Positions 1 to 8,490 of a DNA stretch of 64,000 nt are shown here, piece after piece (position 1 is the stretch's first letter; the number at the start of each line of letters is the position of its first letter). The position numbers were made by a program, and so were the translations under genes. The notes below the pieces were generated by a model that was given only the letters and a program-made list of their open reading frames with translations, was not told where the DNA came from and did not search any database. This DNA comes from Gammaproteobacteria bacterium (lineage in GTDB: Bacteria > Pseudomonadota > Gammaproteobacteria > UBA1113), in NCBI GenBank assembly GCA_020051155.1, contig JAGVJK010000002.1:2411-66410 (forward strand), read 5' to 3'.

Positions 1-345
1 CATCCATGTTGCGGTTTCTTGGATTTTTTCCGGGAATAAAATATAACAATCCTTCGCATTGGATTCATCAATCCCCGCTGAGGGAATTAAAATGTTATTT
101 TTGATCGTTAAATACAAATCATAAGGATTATGTTCAGTCTCGAGGATTTGATCCGCTTCCTGACAAATCAACTCATATTTTGAAATGCCTTGTTTATCGC
201 GGACACGACCTTGAATGATACTTAAGACTTTAGAGGTGAGCACTAGAATGCTTTTTTCTGACAGTGAGGTTACGTGCGCATCGAGGAAACTTGCTAAGGT
301 TTCCCCGATTTCAACACGATGAGTCTTGATAGGACTAATGAGCAT
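1..345 (-). CDS. CofE-like gamma-glutamyl ligase (FolC2-type candidate), 3' end cut by the window edge
   Basis: Not in the ORF track because it is open-ended. My translation of the minus strand from the ATG at 343-345 gives MLISPIKTHRVEIGETLASFLDAHVTSLSEKSILVLTSKVLSIIQGRVRDKQ...NILIPSAGIDESNAKDCYILFPE. The SK-x-hydrophobic-S-x(2,3)-GR and AGIDxSN motifs are typical of the F420-0:gamma-glutamyl ligase (CofE) fold. The start overlaps the upstream gene's stop by 11 nt. Confidence 0.55.
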   Translation of the reverse strand, partial: MLISPIKTHRVEIGETLASFLDAHVTSLSEKSILVLTSKVLSIIQGRVRDKQGISKYELICQEADQILETEHNPYDLYLTIKNNILIPSAGIDESNAKDCYILFPEKIQETATWM

Positions 346-994
346 GCGTGGTTTCCATCATGCCATCCAAGAAAGACCAAAGTAAGTTAGCGCCGGCGAG
401 TGCACCTTGGCGTACTTTTTCTTGATCTTCAGCGCAAAGGCCCTCAATCAACGCGGCAACTTCTTCAGTGTGCCATTCATCTGCTTGCATATGAACGGTG
501 AAAAATTGTAGAGCTTGCTCATGGGTAATATTGTAATGAGCTTTTAGTCCTTCAATTTTTGATTCAGCAACTTGCGGGGTTTGACGCTCATAGGCATAGA
601 GTGCGCCCAAACCAGTGGCGTAGTCTGTTTTAACTAAGTCAAAATAACCATCAACTAATTGATGGGTTTTTTCCAGCGTAGCAGGTTGTTGGCAATCTGC
701 TGCTGTAACACCTAAACCTTCAGCAAATCGTATCCAAAGTGCTGGGTGATTATCGTCACCTAACTCTTCATCCATCAAATTGCCTAATAGAATTTGTCGA
801 GATTTGAGATCAGCACAGGAAGTATGAATATTGCTGAGGTAGCGAGGAAAGGCAGCAACATGGTGATAATACTCTTTAGCGTAGACTTGCAACGTATCCA
901 TGCTGAGTTCGCCATGGTTCCAGAGCTGATAGAAGGGGTGTTTTAACAGATGCAGTGCTTCTAACTCTTGATTAAGTTTTTCACAAAAAGTCAT
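335..994 (-). CDS. CADD / PqqC-like (TenA/heme-oxygenase-like fold) protein, candidate pABA synthase
   Basis: ORF 335..1027. The preferred start is the ATG at 992-994 (MTFCEKL...), preceded by GGGAGGA. LKHPFYQLWNHGELSMDTLQVYAKEYYHHV and DEELGDDNHPALWIRFAEGLG match the PqqC/CADD family pattern. It sits between folKP and the CofE-like gene. Confidence 0.7.
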   Translation of the reverse strand: MTFCEKLNQELEALHLLKHPFYQLWNHGELSMDTLQVYAKEYYHHVAAFPRYLSNIHTSCADLKSRQILLGNLMDEELGDDNHPALWIRFAEGLGVTAADCQQPATLEKTHQLVDGYFDLVKTDYATGLGALYAYERQTPQVAESKIEGLKAHYNITHEQALQFFTVHMQADEWHTEEVAALIEGLCAEDQEKVRQGALAGANLLWSFLDGMMETTHAH

Positions 995-1072
995 GATTCC
1001 TCCCGAGATGGTTAATATCGGGGGCATTATATCGGGTTAGATGGAAAAATGCTTGCTTAGAAAAAACTTTTT

Positions 1073-2335
1073 TTAAAGCCCTCCAGTTAAGGCTTGTTGT
1101 GCAACAAAAAATCGCTGATGATCGGCCACATTGTGTACACGTAGATAATCTGCCGCCTGTGCCAATAAGGCTGAGACAGCGATGGTTTCTAAGTCTCGTT
1201 CAGCGGCCGGGCGTGTTGACAGGGTTTGAAAGTAATATTTTCGGGAATGCCCCACTAAAATAGGGACGCCCCAAGCCCTTAAGGCCTCTAAGTGGCGGAG
1301 GATGGCTAGATCTTGAAATGCGGATTTGCCATAGCCAATACCGGGATCGAGGATAATATTTTCTTTTTTAAACCCTAAGGAGAGTAAATGCTCGATCTGT
1401 TTTTCTGCCCAGTCAGTGAGGATTTTAATCGGTGACTGCTCCAGGGGAAGTATGGTGTTCTTGTTGGCGGGTATTTCAGGTGCGTGCATCAAACAAAGCT
1501 TCGAGCCGTGTTCGGCAATGGCTTTTAATGTGTTGTGATCCAAGCTGCCTTTAACATCATTGATCCAAAGAGGCGGCAGTTTTTCCAAAAGATTTTGGAT
1601 GATAAGAGGTGTAAAGGTATCTACACTGAGAGTAATAGTGCCGTCTTTTACTAAAGGAGTCAGGCCTTCTAATACTGGCTCTAAGGCACTGTATTCTTCT
1701 TCCGGTGATTTTATGATAGCGCCTGCTCGTGTGGATTGCGCGCCGATTTCAATAATGCTGGCGCCTTCTTTTGCCAATTGTAGGGCGCGTGCCATAGCAG
1801 CTTCGGGAGTATTAAAACGTCCACCATCGGAAAATGAATCAGCAGTGATATTCACAATGCCGACAAACGCAGGAAATAATGCTAGCGTATTTAAAAAACA
1901 TGGCGTTAATGCAAGCGCAGGATAAGGAGCATTCATCATCGCTAGAAGGTGAGTTAAGAAATCTCGGGTTTTAAGTTCAGGATGAGGAATTTTTAATTGC
2001 GAGGTGTCGAGAGTGAGATCGCCCCATAATAAAATATCCAGATCAATAATACGTGGTGACCAACGTTCGTAATGCTCGGGGCGGCCAATTTCTCGCTCAA
2101 TGTTTTTTAATTCAGTTAATAATTGTTGCGGTGTGTAATCAGTTTCACCGGCAACAATCATATTTAGAAAAGGTTTATCCCAAGAGGCAGGAGCACCTTC
2201 TGGTAAAATGCACGTGGTTTCCAACACAATGGAACATTGCACGTTTGTTAAGTAACGCTTTTTTAGTTGTTCAACGGCTAATCGTAAGTTATGAAGGCGA
2301 TTACCAAGATTTGAGCCGATACTAATGTAAATCAT
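1073..2335 (-). CDS. folKP: Bifunctional HPPK / dihydropteroate synthase (FolK-FolP fusion)
   Basis: The N-terminal part (MIYISIGSNLGNR...IIDLDILLWGD) is HPPK-like. The C-terminal part (VGIVNITADSFSDGGRF...ILDPGIGYGKS...GHSRK) is DHPS-like. Confidence 0.9.
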   Translation of the reverse strand: MIYISIGSNLGNRLHNLRLAVEQLKKRYLTNVQCSIVLETTCILPEGAPASWDKPFLNMIVAGETDYTPQQLLTELKNIEREIGRPEHYERWSPRIIDLDILLWGDLTLDTSQLKIPHPELKTRDFLTHLLAMMNAPYPALALTPCFLNTLALFPAFVGIVNITADSFSDGGRFNTPEAAMARALQLAKEGASIIEIGAQSTRAGAIIKSPEEEYSALEPVLEGLTPLVKDGTITLSVDTFTPLIIQNLLEKLPPLWINDVKGSLDHNTLKAIAEHGSKLCLMHAPEIPANKNTILPLEQSPIKILTDWAEKQIEHLLSLGFKKENIILDPGIGYGKSAFQDLAILRHLEALRAWGVPILVGHSRKYYFQTLSTRPAAERDLETIAVSALLAQAADYLRVHNVADHQRFFVAQQALTGGL

Positions 2336-2348
2336 AGTGAGTGTTTCC

Positions 2349-4523
2349 TTAAAGTCCTGGTGGGCGATCTAGTAAGACTGTACTGCTAGAAGATACAGGC
2401 AATAGAGATGGCGTTGATGGGGTAGCAATGAGCGTTAATGTTTCACGGTACGGAGCTAATCTGTCTATTAGCGTTTTATAGAAAGCTTTATTATTTAGAA
2501 ATAAATTGGTTGTTTTTTTTGAAAAAGCATTCGTAAGAATCTTTTCCATTGTTGAGATTAATAGATGAATCTTCTCCCCGTTATGGCAACGATCAATTTC
2601 ATAGATATGATCGAGCAGCATTTTGAGTTTCACTGGAATTTCTATTTCACATACTTCACCGGTGGAATTTCTAAACCGATAGAGTGTATTCCCAGTGAGA
2701 GGAAATTTTTGTTGCGGAATTTGAACGTGAATAAAATCTTTCAAGTTCCGAATAAAATACCGTACCAAAGGAATGCGTGTACCGGTTACTTTAAAGTAAG
2801 CGTCATATAAGAAAGCTATGTACGTATTGAAAATGGGAGTGAGCGGCTTTGGCTGTGAGAGGGTCGGGTCATTTATTTTTTTGCGAACCTCTTCTGCCTC
2901 ATGCCAAGCGGCTTCTGTATCAGCATGAATAGCGTGAAACCCGGAAGATGCAATGAGATCTGTGCACCCGCGTTTGTCATCCAGAAAGATAATATTTTGT
3001 TGCGATACTACTGAGTAATGAGCTGGCGCAACAATTTGTGTGATACCAAGCTTTAATAAAGCGGGACAATGGTTTAAGTCAAGAGTAACATTTGCTTGAT
3101 CGAGCAACTCAAAGATAAGAAATAATTTGTAATCCCCTAAATCAAAACTTTGCAAAAGCTCGGGGGTAGATAGTGAGCGCAATGACAGAGAAATTAGAGT
3201 TTGTCCAAACTTAAAAGTTGCAATGCCGGAACTAGGATATGTAAAGCTTAAGGGGCCAATAGTTGCTTTGATCTGTCGTTTTTTCTCATCAATAGTAACA
3301 CCTTTATTAACGAGCGCATCTAATGCAACTCGCTGGATTTGAGCTTGCATCGCTTTTGTAAGTTCAGTGGTGATCGGTTTTTTTAGTGCAGATAAAATGT
3401 CGAGAGTTAGCTTTTCCGGTGGAATACTACGACAAAGGTCGACTAGATTTTCAACGGCAGTTAAAGAGCAATGAGAGAGGTCAGATGCCGATGCTAAAGA
3501 CAGCACATAATCTTCTCTTATTAACTGACTGTTTATTAGCGTACATATTAAAATGGAACCTCGTTTATCGACATAGATACCTTGTTGCGGGAGGCTTAGT
3601 AATTCTGACAGAGAAAAGAGATTATACTCTTCTAAGGGGGCAGTAGGTTTGTTAGTTGAGAGGATATCCACATGACAAACTCGATTAATGAGCCCCGTCG
3701 ATCTTCCACTAACTTGAGCATAGAGAGGAGGGGGGCCTTGATAACCTAGCCTTCGCAAGGCTACATAGGCAGGATCTCTTTCTAGTGCAATTGCACCTGA
3801 GGAGGTAATGCCCCAGATATTTTTAGGGTTTTGTCCAAGATGAATTAAAAAAGGCAGAAGAGCTTCTGGATTGATTAATTGAGTTTTATCAAAGATAGTA
3901 TCATCTCGATCAAAAAAAGCAGCAAAGAAAGTATTTTTGCTAAGTGTGGGGGGACACGGGATGTGACTGGTGGAGGAAGAGGGCGATGAAGGGGCAAGGA
4001 TGATTCCTTCTATCAGGTTTCCAAGTTGATGAGCTCTTTGCTGTTGTTCCTCCAGAATCTTGTAAAAAGGGTGCTTTGTGTCTTGTTTGATAATCGTTTT
4101 TAATGCTTCTATACGGATAGCTATGATAGTCAGTAAATTTTTAGCAATCGGTACCTCATCGATATTTTCTAAACCGCGTCGCAATTGTTCGGCAGTATAT
4201 CCATCAATGACGGGATGCTCATCTGGAGTGAGTACTTTGCTGGATTGTAACAAACTGCTGTAACGCTCTATAGTATAAATGTGTTTTTTAAGCAGTTGTA
4301 ATGCCTTACTAGCGATAAGCTCATTGGGTGCAAGTAAACAAGCAATCATCAATAAATTTTCAGAGATAAGCAGATGTTGCAGGGTTCTACCGAAACCGCT
4401 ATAAGGTGGTTTGCCATTAAGAGCGAGCTCCGCGAGCTGTATCCAATCGATGTTTCGAATGCATAAGTCTTGATAAAAGGCCCAGTCAATGGGAGGCTTA
4501 ATTTCTCCAGAAGTTGCACTCAT
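2349..4523 (-). CDS. Hypothetical 724-aa protein with candidate split HAD-phosphatase motifs
   Basis: Long uninterrupted ORF ending 13 bp upstream of folKP. I recognise no family. FFDRDDTIF (DxDxT), IWGITSSG and NIIFLDDKRG resemble HAD motifs I, II and IV. The C-terminus is Ser/Pro-rich. Confidence 0.55.
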   Translation of the reverse strand: MSATSGEIKPPIDWAFYQDLCIRNIDWIQLAELALNGKPPYSGFGRTLQHLLISENLLMIACLLAPNELIASKALQLLKKHIYTIERYSSLLQSSKVLTPDEHPVIDGYTAEQLRRGLENIDEVPIAKNLLTIIAIRIEALKTIIKQDTKHPFYKILEEQQQRAHQLGNLIEGIILAPSSPSSSTSHIPCPPTLSKNTFFAAFFDRDDTIFDKTQLINPEALLPFLIHLGQNPKNIWGITSSGAIALERDPAYVALRRLGYQGPPPLYAQVSGRSTGLINRVCHVDILSTNKPTAPLEEYNLFSLSELLSLPQQGIYVDKRGSILICTLINSQLIREDYVLSLASASDLSHCSLTAVENLVDLCRSIPPEKLTLDILSALKKPITTELTKAMQAQIQRVALDALVNKGVTIDEKKRQIKATIGPLSFTYPSSGIATFKFGQTLISLSLRSLSTPELLQSFDLGDYKLFLIFELLDQANVTLDLNHCPALLKLGITQIVAPAHYSVVSQQNIIFLDDKRGCTDLIASSGFHAIHADTEAAWHEAEEVRKKINDPTLSQPKPLTPIFNTYIAFLYDAYFKVTGTRIPLVRYFIRNLKDFIHVQIPQQKFPLTGNTLYRFRNSTGEVCEIEIPVKLKMLLDHIYEIDRCHNGEKIHLLISTMEKILTNAFSKKTTNLFLNNKAFYKTLIDRLAPYRETLTLIATPSTPSLLPVSSSSTVLLDRPPGL

Positions 4524-4714
4524 AAAACTGTCTCTCCTTTATGGAATCTTTTAATGTTAGTTATTTTAATTTTTGTGCATATCACATTGAGCCGCAGCCT
4601 ATTGATGAAGTTCCTATTGACTTATCGCAAGGTGATCTGCAATCTGGAAAACTAAATAAGTCAACGGACGGAAGTGTATATGATTAATCCAGACATTTCA
4701 AGGGAAGAAGCCTC

Positions 4715-6148
4715 ATGACGACGCAGCTTTCCATCTTTTGGTTTCGGCAGGATCTGAGGATTTCTGATAATCCGGGGCTGTTGGCGGCGGTACAGCGAGG
4801 AGCCGTGTTGCCGGTTTATATTTTGAATGAATCAACACCTCAAGTGTTTCAATTGGGTGGGGCGAGTCGATGGTGGTTACATCATTCTTTGACGCAATTA
4901 AATCAAGATTTAGAAGGAAAGCTTAATTTTTATGTTGGGGATCCTCAGTGCCTTATTTTAGATCTGATTAAAACTCATGACATCAGTGCAGTTTTTTGGA
5001 ATCGTTGTTATGAGCCGTGGCAAATTAAACAAGATGAAGAGCTAAAAAAACAGTTAAAAAAATCTAATATTGAATGTAATAGTTTTAATGGTTCTTTGCT
5101 ACGGGAGCCCTGGGAAACTCTGAAGCCAGATGGTAGCCCTTATAAAGTATTCACGCCATTTTATCGAAAAGGCTTTTTAACAGGACTCGCACCAAGAAAA
5201 CCTTGTGTGATGCCTAAAAAAATAAATTTAATGACAGATGAAAAAAATAAGATGACGTTGAGCGGATTCAATCTTTTGTCCACAAAAAAATGGCAACATA
5301 AGTTTGCGCAGTACTGGGTGGTCGGTGAGGGAGAGGCGCAAAAAAAATTGACGGAGTTTTTAAAAGGAGGGCTTCAAGATTATAAGGAGGGTCGGGATTA
5401 TCCGTCTAAAAAGCATACGTCTCGCTTATCACCGTATTTACATTTTGGAGAAATCTCTCCTCATCAAATTTGGCATGCAGTGCATGAGAATACGTATCGA
5501 TCTATTCATGAAAAAGATCGTGAACATTTTTTAAGTGAAATAGGTTGGCGTGAGTTTTCTTATTATTTACTCTATCATTTTCCGACGTTGCCTACAGATA
5601 ATTTTCAACCTAAGTTTGGTCGTTTTCCCTGGACTGATCACTCTGAGTTTTTAGAAGCTTGGCAGCGAGGGCAGACAGGGTATCCTATTGTTGATGCTGG
5701 GATGCGAGAGTTGTGGCAAACGGGTTATATGCATAATCGGGTGCGCATGATCGTTGCATCATTTTTAGTAAAAAATTTATTGCAACATTGGCATAAGGGG
5801 CGTGATTGGTTTTGGGATTGTTTGTTAGATGCGGATCTTGCCAATAACAGCGCGAGCTGGCAATGGGTGGCGGGCTCGGGTGCTGATGCGGCTCCCTACT
5901 TTAGGATGTTTAATCCGGTGACACAAGGAGAGAAATTTGATGGGGACGGTGATTATACGCGTCGTTTTGTACCAGAGCTGAGTCAGTTGCCGGATGAGTA
6001 TTTGTTTAGACCTTGGGAAGCGCCACCGATGTTGTTAATGGCTGCGGGGATTGTTTTGGGGGAAACTTATCCGATGCCAATTGTTAGTTTGGGGGAGTCT
6101 AGGAGAATTGCTTTGGAGGCGTATGAGGGGATTAAACATAAAGAGTGA
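4715..6148 (+). CDS. phrB: Deoxyribodipyrimidine photolyase
   Basis: WREFSYYLLYHFP, TGYPIVDAGMRELWQTGYMHNRVRMIVASFLVKNL and DADLANNSASWQWVAGSGADAAPYFRMFNP are classic class I CPD photolyase/cryptochrome motifs. Confidence 0.9.
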   Translation: MTTQLSIFWFRQDLRISDNPGLLAAVQRGAVLPVYILNESTPQVFQLGGASRWWLHHSLTQLNQDLEGKLNFYVGDPQCLILDLIKTHDISAVFWNRCYEPWQIKQDEELKKQLKKSNIECNSFNGSLLREPWETLKPDGSPYKVFTPFYRKGFLTGLAPRKPCVMPKKINLMTDEKNKMTLSGFNLLSTKKWQHKFAQYWVVGEGEAQKKLTEFLKGGLQDYKEGRDYPSKKHTSRLSPYLHFGEISPHQIWHAVHENTYRSIHEKDREHFLSEIGWREFSYYLLYHFPTLPTDNFQPKFGRFPWTDHSEFLEAWQRGQTGYPIVDAGMRELWQTGYMHNRVRMIVASFLVKNLLQHWHKGRDWFWDCLLDADLANNSASWQWVAGSGADAAPYFRMFNPVTQGEKFDGDGDYTRRFVPELSQLPDEYLFRPWEAPPMLLMAAGIVLGETYPMPIVSLGESRRIALEAYEGIKHKE

Positions 6149-6314
6149 GTTTAAATAAAGCACGGTGGCGGAGGTTGGCATTCTTTAAAATAACCACCTC
6201 CAAACTGGGTGGGGTGACACAAGAAATTAAACATTTTGCTTGCGCTCTCCTGAAAATAGACATACCATGTTCTTATAATTACACTATTTGTAATTTTGAA
6301 AGCATGGCAATCAT

Positions 6315-7121
6315 ATGAATCTACAGTCTTACATAAAACAGCTCAGGAAATATGGGAAACGAGCCTTCACGATTGAAGAGATTTTGGAAGAATTCAAAGT
6401 ATCTCGCAATTATGCCAGGGTGGCTTTATATCGCCTTATTCAAAGTGGTGACCTTGTCTCCCCGGCTAAAGCTTTTTATGTCATCGTGCCTCCTGAATAT
6501 CAAACATACGGTTGTATACCTGCAGAACAACTTATTCCCATACTCATGAAGCATCTAAATATCGATTATTATGTTGCCCTGTTATCAGCAGGGTTGTTTC
6601 ATGGAGCGACCCATCAAAAACCCGCTAGGTTTCAAGTCATGTTGAATAAAAGGATGAGCGGTAATTTGGTTTTTGGTGATGTTGAAATAGAGTTTATTTA
6701 TAAAAATTCACTCTCTGGGCTTCCAACTCAAGATTTCGTTGTTGATACTGGCTATCTCAAAGTGGCATCACCCGAACTCACTGCAATCGACTTACTCAAT
6801 TACCCTTCTCGTGCGGGGGGGCTTAACCACATAGCAACCGTTTTTTCTGAATTAGCCGAAGCTATAAATCCGGAAAAATTGATAGAGCTTGCCGAAAAGA
6901 TCAATGCTAGATACCAACTACAACGCATTGGTTATATTTTAGAGAAAATTGATGTCATGGATGAAGATAAAAAAGCTCAAATAATGGAAGCCTTAGAAGC
7001 TTTTTTAAAAGGAAAAATGAAATATTACATCCCCATCGCTTCTGAAATAGAAAAAATGGGTTACCCGAGATCCAAACGATGGAAAATAATAGAAAATACT
7101 GAAGTAGAGAGCGATTTATGA
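6315..7121 (+). CDS. abiEi: AbiEi-family type IV toxin-antitoxin antitoxin / transcriptional regulator
   Basis: 268 aa. The N-terminus is wHTH-like (RAFTIEEILEEFKVSRNYARVALYRLIQSGDL). There is a 4-nt start/stop overlap with the downstream AbiEii gene, which is the usual architecture. Confidence 0.7.
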   Translation: MNLQSYIKQLRKYGKRAFTIEEILEEFKVSRNYARVALYRLIQSGDLVSPAKAFYVIVPPEYQTYGCIPAEQLIPILMKHLNIDYYVALLSAGLFHGATHQKPARFQVMLNKRMSGNLVFGDVEIEFIYKNSLSGLPTQDFVVDTGYLKVASPELTAIDLLNYPSRAGGLNHIATVFSELAEAINPEKLIELAEKINARYQLQRIGYILEKIDVMDEDKKAQIMEALEAFLKGKMKYYIPIASEIEKMGYPRSKRWKIIENTEVESDL

Positions 7122-7903
7122 TCCCAAATGTTTTTATACAAAATTGGTCTAATCATGTTAAATGGCAAACACCAGCCCAAATTGAACAAGATCTCATTAT
7201 AAGCAGAGCGTTAGTAGATTTGTACAACGATCCACACATCAAAGACGCCTTAGTTTTCCGCGGCGGTACAGCGCTCAACAAATTATTTATTAACCCGCCG
7301 TCTAGGTATAGTGAAGATATCGATTTCGTGCAGAAAAACGCTGATCCAATCGGCCAAACAATTAATGCGATTCGTGAGGTGCTCAAACCATGGTTAGGTG
7401 ATCCAAAATGGAAAATTACTCAAAGAAGTGCAAAGCTAATTTACAAATACGAATCCATAAACAAGTCTGCATTAAAACTAAAAATCGAAATAAATACAAC
7501 TGAACATTTCCAAGTGCTGCCCTTAAAAAAGGTTGCTTTCTCTATGGATTCAGATTGGTTCAAGGGGACAGCGGATATTATTACTTACGAAATGGATGAG
7601 CTGATGGCGACTAAATTGCGAGCTCTGTACCAGCGCCGCAAAGGACGAGATTTATTTGATATGTGGTATGTGACAACCAATGACTTGATTAACTTAAACC
7701 AAGTTTTTGATATTTTTGCTAAGTATTGCACTTATAACGGCATGAAAATCTCACGAGAAGAATTTATAAAAAATCTTGAGCAGAAGAAAGATAATCGCGA
7801 TTTTCATGTAGATATGAGTCTGTTGCTGCCATCGAAATTGCATTGGAATTTCGAAGAAGCCTATCAATTCGTTGTAGATAACGTAATTAGCAGGCTGCCA
7901 TAA
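7118..7903 (+). CDS. abiEii: AbiEii/AbiGii-family nucleotidyltransferase toxin (DUF1814)
   Basis: FRGGTALNKLF...RYSEDIDF nucleotidyltransferase motif and KLRALYQRRKGRDLFD motif. It overlaps AbiEi (ATGA). Confidence 0.8.
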   Translation: MIPNVFIQNWSNHVKWQTPAQIEQDLIISRALVDLYNDPHIKDALVFRGGTALNKLFINPPSRYSEDIDFVQKNADPIGQTINAIREVLKPWLGDPKWKITQRSAKLIYKYESINKSALKLKIEINTTEHFQVLPLKKVAFSMDSDWFKGTADIITYEMDELMATKLRALYQRRKGRDLFDMWYVTTNDLINLNQVFDIFAKYCTYNGMKISREEFIKNLEQKKDNRDFHVDMSLLLPSKLHWNFEEAYQFVVDNVISRLP

Positions 7904-8107
7904 TGCAAAGAACTAAACTGTATAGTCAAATCTCAATACGCATCACATGTCTAAGCAATGAAAAGCTAAAGCGGTTTTTGGCAGGCGACAATCCAATGCA
8001 TGCAGGTATCGGTGGCAAGTCCGCAATTTTATCTAAAACTTCACGCCCAATATGCACAAGTGCTGGTATGGCGTTACTATCGTTTTTCAAAAGGTAAATT
8101 CTCTAAG

Positions 8108-8197
<90 letters not shown>

Positions 8198-8253
8198 CCG
8201 GGAAGGGTGGTAGATTATATGATTTTGGCATACTGTGCAAGGGGCTTCGAGCG

Positions 8254-8377
8254 TATCGCCTATTCTGCGTCAAGAGACTTTATTCAAATGCGCCGTGAAC
8301 CCTCCCCTGGGGGCTTCGTCGCAGCATCCATGCTGCTCAGAATTTGAATAAAGTCTCTTGACGCAGAATAGGCGATA
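8254..8377. repeat. 124-bp palindromic unit: 36-bp perfect inverted repeat around a 52-bp spacer
   Basis: 8254-8289 (TATCGCCTATTCTGCGTCAAGAGACTTTATTCAAAT) is the exact reverse complement of 8342-8377. The spacer contains its own hairpin, GCAGCATccATGCTGC (8321-8336). Confidence 0.9.
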
Positions 8378-8490
8378 TGAGGGCTCTTTTGAGTGGTTAG
8401 GGGTGTTTGTGTTGGAGCTCAGTATGCCAGTTGAGTTGCTGGCATACTGAAGGGTGTTTACAGGCGCTGAGTTTCTCAGCGGTGTAATGT

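Noticed and set aside
7903-8097. 64-aa ORF between abiEii and tRNA-Ser (…LAGDNPMHAGIGGKSAILS…)
   Set aside because: It has no convincing Shine-Dalgarno sequence, no motif I can place, and it ends abruptly. It may be a remnant of a degraded gene from an integrated element, but I cannot support a call.
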